Below are positions 53,556 to 64,000 of a DNA stretch of 64,000 nt, in pieces (the first letter of the stretch is position 1; the number at the start of each line of letters is the position of its first letter). Source of the DNA: Octopus sinensis (lineage: Eukaryota); contig NC_043003.1 of assembly GCF_006345805.1 (NCBI RefSeq), forward strand, positions 96,844,001-96,908,000. Direction: 5' to 3'. The notes below the pieces were generated by a model. That model saw only the letters and a program-made list of their open reading frames with translations. It was not told the DNA's origin and did not search any database. The position numbers and the translations under genes were made by a program.

Positions 53556-56500
53556 AGTACATTAGAATATTAGTGGAGTGTGTGAACTAAGAATAGTTGT
53601 ACATATATATCATAGGACACAAAAGTTTGTTAGTGTATAGAGTAAATATTATCTAATCGACAAAAGCTATATTTACTGACATTTCTGTGTTCAAATATTA
53701 TAATCGTTATAGGTTGATGTCTGCGTAGCTATAAGAATAACTGGCTGATGTTTATGATCGCGTGCTCTGCATAGGCTACACAACTACTAAATCTATCTTG
53801 CTGTATAGCGAACCAACGTCATGAGTGCAGCCAATATAATGAATAAAAGATATTTCTGCGTGTATAGGTGGTGGGGAAAATATTGTAGACGTTGTAGCTC
53901 CAGAAATTTAATCAAACTTATGGTAAAAAGATATTTCATAGGTTATAAAACGCAACAGGTTTTATCTGTAACAAAACTATATTTCCTTCTCTTCTAAATT
54001 AAAAGAACTTATATAACAGTTTTAAGTAAATGACGACAGCTAGAACTAACTTTTTGAAGAAGCCATTCCAACTCACTTGAGCTGTTAATGCTCCAAAACG
54101 TTAGAGAGATTAAAGTCAGTCATCTCTCAACTAGAGAACAAAAGGCAAACTACTTGGTCTAGCTGGCAATCTTGTTCTATCCCTTAATAATAGATAGGGA
54201 AGACCGAGGAAATTTGATAAGAGGAAGAATTGAGCTACTACCTCAGTCTAACAGTTATAGTTATGTACTGCAATTTAAATATTGTATCTAATGTTATCCT
54301 ATTTTACATCAACTAAGCATATATGAACCAGTATTATGAAGATGTGATGAACAAAAAGCATTTATTTTTAAAAAGCACAGAACAGTAAAAAGTAGATTTT
54401 AGCACTATAAATGTGACGCTTTCCTTCAGTTTTATAGCAGTGGTTAGCGTCTTTTAAAATTTGTTTTTGTAGTCTATAAGATACCCTTTATCTTGATAAA
54501 TTTTACTCAGCTTCATATAACTGTTTCCCTAAAGCTAGTTTCAGAATGGTCGCCTTCAGTTGCGTTGAGCCACTGCTCATGAAAATAATTGATTTATAGC
54601 CCACCTCCCCTCTTCCCAATCTTTACTATATGCATTACTCCTAGATAACTAATGTTATTAATTTGATTTCATTTCACACCACAAAGCAAGAAGAATACAA
54701 GCATAAGTCAGAGCGTAGTAGTATTGCAGATGTTCTCCAACGTACAGTAGAAGCCGTTTAAAGTAGACTCGGTATGCAATTTGCAGTCATAGACTTCCAC
54801 GTTGATCGAATGATATTAACACATTACATCGCTGAGCATAAAACATACATACGTAGATCTTGGATATTCAAACTATTAGTCTTGAAACATAACTTTTTCC
54901 TCTAAAACTAGAAGCTGGGTTAACCTTGATTATTAAAGATTAGGCAGTTAATTGTTATGACTTGTTTTAAAGATAAATGTCGTAGCATAGCGTATCAATA
55001 TGAAAACTGGAGGATGAACAAGGGAACTGGAGAAGCTTTCTGGTTGGGTTTAAAGGAACACCGGATCCTTGTAATTTATGCCCAAGAACCAATATGTATT
55101 AGTCTGGTTTAGGATATTCAGTCGGTACACATTTAGCCGATTTTACATCAATTCAGTAACAGTCATGGAATTGTCATTGTCTATAAGCACAAAACAAAAT
55201 TTGGATGAAACAGGTTGTGCTACAAGTTTGGTAGTATTGCAACTGAATAAAGAATTTAAGTTTGACTTTATGAGATTAGCAGCACTGCTTCCAACCATTT
55301 TCTTATTCATACGAGTCAAATATTGTAAACATTTTATTGGAAGCGTTCCTGTGAGATCTACAAGGACTGCTACAAGGTAAGAATGGATGAACAAAGAATT
55401 GTTTGTACAATTCTTTGATCTCTTTCGCCATCGTACATGTTGCCACGCAGACAGCAAGGTTTTGCTCATCATGGATAATCAATAATCTCATTCATCATTT
55501 CAGGCAGTGAACAAAGCATAAGCAGATGGCGTTGCTTTCTAATTTCACCCCCGACAAATTTCAGCCATTATTCTGTACAGCAGTTGATGATTCATACAAG
55601 AAAACCTATAGGCGTTTCATGAAAGCTTGAATGCGTTCCGTTCCAGTAAAAATTATTACCATCTACGTCGTCCCTGTACTGATAGAAGGAAGCATTTTAA
55701 TTTTCTTGAGTCCCTCACAATGTAGCTGTTCGATTTCAGAATGCAAATATGTCACTCTACAATAGTGACATATTCACAGACGACGATTATGTGTCTGCTG
55801 CTCTCACTGACAGAAAACATATACGCCCATAATAATCACTGAACAGAAGTAAGATTGTCAGGCAGCGGTCACCAATCGGAAACAAGATGACACCGTAACA
55901 GTTACTCAAGGAGATAGCCTCATAATAATTACTAATAAGAACAATGAAAGCATGTTGCTACTGATGAAAATGAAAATGAGTATAAAGCACCCTCTTTACT
56001 TGAATTCGCACCCTTAACTGCTCAAGAAGTAGGGTATGTCCTACCAAGAGGGTTCAGAAAACAAGAACTGCAGACAGACGGAAAGGTAGCACTAAAAGTG
56101 GGAACTAGAATCACAGCAGCACTTGATGTCTAAAACAAAAAGACGCAAACAAATTTCGTAGTGAAGCTGACATCGATATAAAGCAACTATAAAGTGGAAT
56201 TAAAGAAATGTTTATTGATACCGACACGAGTAACCCTTTCGGTTTTTGCAAGTGACAAATTTAAATAGGGTCCATCTAGGACATCACATTGTGTACCCAT
56301 ATTTATACCTACACCAGCAACTGTTAACAAATAGCTCTTTGACAGCTTTGGTCTTTCATGAGATTGACTAATAGTAAGTTCAAAAGAAGACTAAAGGAAA
56401 CAGGCATAGGTACGGGATTAAGAAGTTCGTTTCAAAACCATATACTTCAGAGTTCGATCCTTTTGTGAGGCGCAAGGGACAAATGTTTTCAACCATAGCT

Positions 56501-56564
56501 TCAGATTAACCAATATCTAGTGAGTAGAACATAATAGACGAAACCTGTGCAGGAGCTCGCCGTG

Positions 56565-56599
<35 letters not shown>

Positions 56600-59540
56600 A
56601 TGTGCATGTGTGTGTAACTTTCATCGGTATGTATATTGGCGAAAGATATCAAAATTGGCGAGAAAGCTTTAAAAACTCGGCGCATTTCCAGCACTATTTG
56701 TTGTGAATCAAGTTAGATATTCCTCAGAAATGCTTCACCTGTTTGAAACCGATCACAAATTATGATACAAATAAATAAATAAATAATTCCCAGTAGGCCT
56801 GTTACCGCTCAAATAATTTGCCAAAAATATTTCTAGTTATAAACTCATTATTCTACATCATATAAACCTAATACGTTATAAATATTTAATTTTTTTTCAG
56901 ATACGGAACTGTTTTGTAATTACATTATATGATGTTTCAAATAATCTTATATCAATTATAATGATGGTAACGAAATAAAATACAATAAACTTTATAGAAA
57001 AATGAAATGCTTTGACGTTCACGTGCTTCCAGGATCATTAACACAGTTATTGAACGCAAATTGTCTCAACAAAAATCAAATCCGACTCGTGCATATAGGC
57101 TACCATGACTTCTTCCCATCCCCCCTCTCTCTCTCTTCTCTTACATATACACACCAACATATATTTATATGTACACACAGTGCCTATCTTCGGAAATACT
57201 TTTGCCAATAAAATATTTTCTTATTTAAACAATGATTGGGTGCAATTACTGATAGAAACAACGTACCATATTACAATTAAATCACCATATTATATTACAT
57301 GTATTTATTTTATTGACTCAGATATTTATTACAAGCAATTATATTATCAATCTCGGGAGATTCGAACCCAGCATATAGATAGATAAGGTAAGATACTGTA
57401 AGGTATTTATTCCGGTATTATCCTTTGTTTTGTTTCGACTTGTCATTTTGTTGCTTTGTTTTATTTGATTAGTATTGATTTCTCTTAATCAAATGCGTGG
57501 TATGAGTTTTCCAGGCTGCAATCAGATATGTGATTATATGGCATTCATGACATTCTCAAGAGTACATCATAAGCAAGTTAAGAAAAATACTTAAGATACA
57601 TCTAATTGGGATTCAAAAATGAGATATAAAATAATGATTTAAAACATTTTTGTTAATAAAATATGAGATTGTAGTTTTAGTTTTAGACAGGTATTCCAAA
57701 AGAAAAAAATAAATAACACCGCCAGAGTCATCTTTATACCTATATGACGAAAATAACCATTTATTACAATGCCTTTTACCATTCGCACGATACGTTATGT
57801 CTCTTTTCCTAAGAGAATAGTATATAACTTTCTTTTCAGAATAGAAATAACTATTTATTGTTTAGTGCATAGCAAAGTATAAGTTTGAATCCAACAGCAA
57901 TTTAGTATTTTTTATTTTATTTTCGAAAAACAACGTTTTCGTCCCTCCCTCATTCATATTGATCTTAGGTGTATGGCATCAAATTGTATTAATTATTTGT
58001 TTTTCATTATCGCTTTGTCTTTTCTCCATAATCTGCAGATGTAAATTTGTCTTTCCTTCATAATCTCGTTTTGTCTTTCCTACGTAATCTACAGATCCAC
58101 ATTCCAATATTTTTATATTCCATTGATAAAGCTCATAGACAGTTAAAAAATCTGTGTTACACTTCAGTTTTTCAGAGTTATGTATAAATATAAGCGTAAA
58201 GAAAAGTGAAATGAAACAGAAGACGCAATCAGAGATACTATTTGTTCAAATCAAAATGTTTTTCCTCAGAGAGATTCAGTGAAACTGGCGACAATTGGTA
58301 TGTATAAAATCAAAATTTAGTACATATCAAAATACTTCTATTGCATAGTTAGGTCCCATTACCGATGGACAGCCAAAAGCTGTTTTCCTAGCAAAGAAAA
58401 AAGAAGCTATATCATTAATTAATAGCGACAAAAAAATTATACATAGTGAGAATGATAACACGACATATTAATGACATGTTTTGGATCAAGAAGTTATACT
58501 GGAACGTTAGTCTGCATTTCCGAATATAAGCTGCCTTTGACTGCTGATTGGGTGGTGGGACCTGGCTGTGTAGTAGATTAATTCTGCTGGAAAACAAAAG
58601 TTGGCTTCATTCTTACGAGGCAAAGACTCACCAGCTTGAATGAGCTTCCCTAACAAAAAAAAAAAAATTAAGCTTTGCTAATTATTGAATTTTCTATTTA
58701 AATCCAGAGTAAAGTTAAGCTGTATTTTATATTCCGAAGGACCCTTTCTTTTTTCATCATCTGTAGAAGCACATTTTAATGTGACTATATCTCAACAATC
58801 CAGTACATTCTGTTGCGATTGAACTTCAGTCAACTTTAAACTCTTCGGACTTGAATACAAGCGAAAAAAGTCAGTTCTGAATTTTGTTATAACACATTAT
58901 TAATTCTCAACACAAGACGAACTATTTATGACCGAAGCATAGCTTCAAACAAAGACAGTATACACAAATGGAGGGTTTCACCATTTGTCAATTTAATAAT
59001 TGCCCACCACTAATACAACAGCATTCTTTTTCCAGAGTTGTACTTATGATATGGGCCAAATTTGAGTGAATAGATCATGACACTTCTATAGAGCCTGTTC
59101 TATAAGTATGGTATCTACTTGAGCATTTACATACCACATATAATCTCTCTTCTTAATTGTGACACACTACATTTCAAATTTATCCCTGGTTCATGTTCTA
59201 CGTGAAAGTATAATACTTTTCCTGATTTCAAAATAGCAACCGTTTTACCAAAAACAGAATAAATTTGTTGTGAACATTGTGTCATTATTAGAAATATAAT
59301 AAAAGATCTTAACAAGTTAACCAACTGAATGAGAATAACGATTCAGTGCTCTTCTTTTCTTCTCAAGGAAAGAAAAAATCGTTAAATGGTGTTCATGGAC
59401 GTAAAGCACAAGGCCTGAAATTTGGGAGAGAGGGATAATCGATTATATCAACCTCAGAATTCACCTAGTACTTATTTTAGCAACCGCGGAAGGGTGACAG
59501 GCGGAATTTGAACTCAGAACGTAAAGACGGACGAAATACC

Positions 59541-59770
59541 TATTTCTTTACTACCCACAAAGAGCCAAACACAGAGAGGACAAACAAGGACAGACAAATG
59601 GATTAAGTCGATTACATCGATCCCAGTGCGTAACTGGTACTTATTTAATCGACCCCGAAAGGATGAAAGGCAAAGTCGACCTCGGCGGATTTTGAACTTA
59701 GAACGTAAAGACGGACGAAATACCGCTAAGCATTTCACGTGGTGTGCTAACGATTCTGCTAGTTCACTGC
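59541..59770 (-). mobile_element. tRNA-SINE with Tx1-like 3' tail, nested in a same-family SINE
   Basis: Tail TTGTCCTCTCTGTGTTTGGCTCTTTGTGGGTAGTAAAGAAATA is followed by GGTATTTCGTCCG, which also occurs in its own head. Confidence 0.75.
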
Positions 59771-60161
59771 TTTGGATAGAAGCACTCCGTCGGTTACGAC
59801 GACGAGGGTTCCGGTTGATCCGATCAACGGAACAGCCTGCTCGTGAAATTAACGTGTAAGTGGCTGAGCACTCCACAGACACGTGTACCCTTAACGTAGT
59901 TCTCGGGGATATTCAGCGTGACACAGAGAGTGACAAGGCTGGCCCTTTGAAATACAGGCACAACAGAAACAGGAAGAAAGAGTGAGAGAAAGTTGTGGTG
60001 AAAGAGTACAGCAGGGATCACCACCATCCCCTGCCGGAGCCTCGTGGAGCTTTTAGGTGTTTTCGCTCAATAAACACTCACAACGCCCGGTCTGGGAATC
60101 GAAACCGCGATCCTACGACCGCGAGTCCGCTGCCCTAACCACTGGGCCATTGCGCCTCCAC
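59771..60161 (-). mobile_element. Full-length tRNA-derived SINE with 10-bp TSD
   Basis: AGTTCACTGC at 59761-59770 and 60162-60171; A/B-box head. Confidence 0.9.
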
Positions 60162-62083
60162 AGTTCACTGCCTTATGTATGTAAATAATGGCAACAGTTT
60201 ACCGAAATGGATTCTTATACATACAGAGGAAGCAATGAATAAATTATTTTGAAATGTTTTCGTGGGATACTGTGAGCTACCACACGAGTGTATCGTCGAT
60301 AGCTGAGTAATAAGTCCAGTGGCCTCGAAAACACCAGTGGAACCTAAGTGCAAAGCGTTATGAAAGACCGATGAACCAAGTGTCACACTAAATGGATGTA
60401 CTTGTAGCTATTTTATCTCATCTTCCTTCATATGAGATGCTACAAAACCTTTCCATGAACCAATAAGCATTGTTCACCGCTATGGGAAGCCAGACATGTT
60501 ATTTTGATTTTTATTATATAATCTAAACCCTTTCGCGGTTAATAAAAAAAAAGTACGATCTGAATCCTGTGGTCAATGTAATCGACTGACTCACCTCACT
60601 GAAGTTGCTGGCCGTATGTAAAAATTTGAAGCCTTTAATCTAGATTAATTTGAAATTGTTGAAAAAAATGTATAATCGGCCAAATTTGATTTCCAGATTA
60701 TTTAGTAAGAAACTGGAGATATTAAAAGGCATTATGAATGTACTAGTATAAGTCAAATCCTTAGTTTATTCAATTCAATTCCAGGCGCTGATAATCTTGG
60801 AAGCACAAGTTGCACTTCATTCAGCAGATGATTTCAATATCTTTTTCTGTAGAATTTTCACCGAAGAATTTAGAACTGTCGGATCAAAATCAAAGACAGT
60901 ACACATAGATAAAGTGTTTCACTTTTTATCAATTTAACTATTGCTTGCATCTGATAAAACAATATCCCTTGTTGAAATTCACAGCTATGACGTTTAACAA
61001 ATTTATATGAATAGATTCGATGTATCATTATGTATATATAATAAACTATTTGAGTAAACTGTTGGTATTATGTGCACCTGTGGACATCATATGCCAACCT
61101 TTCCCTTTCCCTGGGATGAATAGGATAAAGCGCACTAAATTATAAATATCATTCAGTTGGTTAATCCGTTAAAAACTTTGACCAATAGTTCTGTTTTTAA
61201 AGTGTAGTTTGCACGGTCTTTGCAACAATCTCAAACAAGATACAAGACACTGTGGAGTATGAAAAGGTGCGTTTGGATCAACCTATTCTCACTGTTGTTT
61301 CCACAGGACTGGCTGCATCATTGTAAAACCTGTGAGTATACGCCCATGGACCGTTTCATATTGTATTTTCCATTGACTTATTATGTTTGCAGCACTGATG
61401 TTAACAACGAACTACTAAAAATAGTAATTCGTGACCGTGATTTCATCTGTTTGACTGAAAGACTACAACTATCGCGGTATACGTATGAAGATGCTATAAA
61501 CGTATGCTGCGGTCTTTTGCAAAATGATTTACCTTTTGCTAGCATGATTATTTTTCTTTAACGATTTTTATTGATACGTACTCTCTTACAAAATGCCTAA
61601 AGAGCTGCTGACAGAACATAGATGCAACTTATTCTTCATTTTGGTAAATAATGACAAAACTGAAACTTACCATGAATTCATTAACACAAAACCGAGAGGA
61701 TCGTGAAAGAGATTCTATATTTTATTTTTTGGTTCGTATTGCAATGGGAAGGAACAATAAGAGGAAAAGATTGCCCTTCTAAATGATGTTAGGGTTGTAT
61801 CGAATGATGGAGAAATAATAGTACTTATTTTTGTCATCACCCTTAGATCCTACAAACTTCATATGCTAGGTTATACACTTTCCAACCAATGCTGTTATTA
61901 TTTCATAAACAAGAACAATATCAATATATTTGATGGAGAAGCAATCATTAACAAAAAATACTGATTTCTGTGACGGGCTGTAAGATACCTTAATGAAAAA
62001 TAGTATCATACATTATTGAGGTGTTTTAATGCTATTATGAGACTTAAATGAGGCTAATGGAGTTTGTAATAAAACAAGATTTT

Positions 62084-62403
62084 GAACACCCGTGGACATG
62101 TTTACAAAGTAAGAAAACAGCACAGCTCCCATGACTTCAGGAAGCATTTTTTCACGCTGAGAGTTGCTGAAGCGTGGAACAAACTGCCGGCATCGGTTGT
62201 TAGTTGTCGGAGCACTGCATCCTTCAAGACTTCCATGCTTCCTGAGATTCGCCAACACTACACTTGATTTTCTCCCCTCCATACACACACAAGCATGTTC
62301 ACTTTCCAGACATTTCTACATTACTGCATGTACTTTATATGCACTTTCTGACAAGTTGTGGTGCACCTGAGCACTGTATACAATAATTTCATTATTATTA
62401 TTA
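62084..62403 (+). mobile_element. CR1-clade LINE 3' end
   Basis: NTRGH.YK.....RKHFFTLRVAEAWNKLP..VV...S..SFK; 3'UTR ending in (ATT)n. Confidence 0.85.
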
Positions 62404-63654
62404 ATAGTCAATTTGTGTGAATATATAATTTAAAGCCATATTGTTACAGGATGAAAAACATATCATTGTGTCAAGATTTAATTAAGATTTTCTAAAACTG
62501 CTCCACAAATCACGCTTATGTGATTATATCTTGCAGTTGGAGGGGCTTTCATGATAACTGTCAATAAACATCAATGTCAATCATTAAATAAATGTATCTA
62601 TTTTCCTAACACTTGTATTTGTACATGGGCAACTGTATAGCGTTCTAACAAGAACTTTACAGAATACTGCAGTTATACTGACAAAGCTGAATAAATAGTA
62701 TCCAGTATTTTGTGCAGGAACGTTGTAAAATATTAAAACCTATTATTACTTTTATGTAATTTGGATATTAATAAAGATTTAATTTATATAGTACTTATTT
62801 ATTTGTTGTGCTATTTTATTATTTTGACTATCATTCTTCTTCTTCGTCTTCTTCTTCCAATCATGACTCACTCCATTAGCCACAAAGAATAATCTCTAAT
62901 TCAAGCCTACTCTAAGGTACTAAGAATGCGTGTGGCAACTTGAAGATCCACTCACCACACGCGATAGACTGGCGGTTGCACGGGCGCAAAAGCTACGCTG
63001 TTATCCTCATTCCGTAAACGGTGAAATGCTGAACCATCCTGGGGTACAGAGGATTCGCAATCTAGACCAGGGTCTGAAAGTTTACCACACCATGGTGGGT
63101 TACACCATGGTGGGTTACACCATGGTTCCTCTGCTTTGTGGCAGAAGTAGGAAGAAAGAGTAAGAGAAAGTTATGGTGAAAGAGTACAGCGCGGTTCACC
63201 ACCACCCCACCGGAGCCTAGTGAAGCTTTGCTCGAGCAAAACGAAATTGAACTCTCATCCCCCACTCCCGTCTTTTAAGTCACTACTAACTGTAGATAAC
63301 ATTTTCTTATTCACTCAATATTAATTCTGTTTCATCAATAAATAATGTTGAGCCCAAACTTTTGTTTTAACAGAAACTCTTCAGAAAGACAGCTTATCAC
63401 TTCATTCTTATTATGTATATTGTGCCTATATAGCACAAACGTCTTGTATGATATAATAGTAAAATTTCGGTGAGTAAAATTCTGTGATTGGGTTTCAAAT
63501 TTCGGCTGATCTCGATTTGTATTCACATCACTCACATCGCTACTGCATTTGAGCAAGTCACCAGTGGCAAAAATATGTCTAAATTTGATGTACGCATCCT
63601 TCCCAATCGATCACATGACCTGATGAACAATCTAACTCATTATTAAACGTACGC

Positions 63655-63870
63655 AAGGCAGTGAGCTGGTAGAGTTGTTAGCACACCGGATGGAATGACT
63701 AGCGGTTTTTCGTCTGCCGTTACGTTCTGAGTTCAAATTCCGCCGGGGTCGACTTTGCCTTTCATCCTTTCGGAGTCGATAAATTAAGTACCAGTTGTGT
63801 ACTGGGGCCGATCTAATCCACTGGTCTCTTTCCCCAAAATTTCGGGCCTTGTGCCTAGAGTAGAAAAGCT
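63655..63870 (+). mobile_element. tRNA-derived SINE
   Basis: AGGCAGTGAGCTGG..GTTCAAATTCCGCCGGGGTCGAC..GGCCTTGTGCCT. Confidence 0.8.
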
Positions 63871-64000
63871 TATTAAACTTATGTGGCTAATACTTCTATA
63901 TTATTTGTAGTACTGCAACATTTAAGATCCCCTTTGGTCACGAATGAACATGGGATTATACCTAGAAAGTTCTCCTCCGAGGCACAAGTCTGAGATAGAT

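Noticed and set aside
59990-60161. Functional tRNA gene
   Set aside because: The tRNA-like head continues into a SINE body with a TSD; no acceptor stem or terminator.
63085-63128. 15-bp (ACACCATGGTGGGTT) repeat, and 24-bp repeat at 42946-43010
   Set aside because: Two to three copy local slippage repeats with no associated structure.

Overview
AT-rich eukaryotic DNA, dense in microsatellites and repeats. The SINE and repeat content suggests a cephalopod, probably Octopus (inference). I found no convincing host protein-coding gene, and most ORFs in the track come from simple repeats. The main feature is a head-to-tail array of at least 7 minus-strand units of about 1.8-1.9 kb (<1-12552). Each unit encodes only an L1/Tx1-type ORF1 (gag-like) protein with a CCHC knuckle and no RT or endonuclease. 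The units fall into two divergent subtypes (A x2, B x5) that share a 29-nt junction motif, a 3'UTR hairpin and a 3' tail. A related tail occurs on a solitary ORF1-only element inserted in a SINE (19294-20864) and on a tRNA-SINE (59541-59770). This suggests a set of non-autonomous passengers of one Tx1-like LINE. The window also holds a Penelope RT/GIY-YIG element and several minimal hammerhead ribozymes, including U3-A8 core variants. It has fold-back palindromes in (TA)n, fragments of RTE, CR1, R4/Dong, Chapaev-like and Tc1/mariner elements, many SINEs and a 100-N gap.
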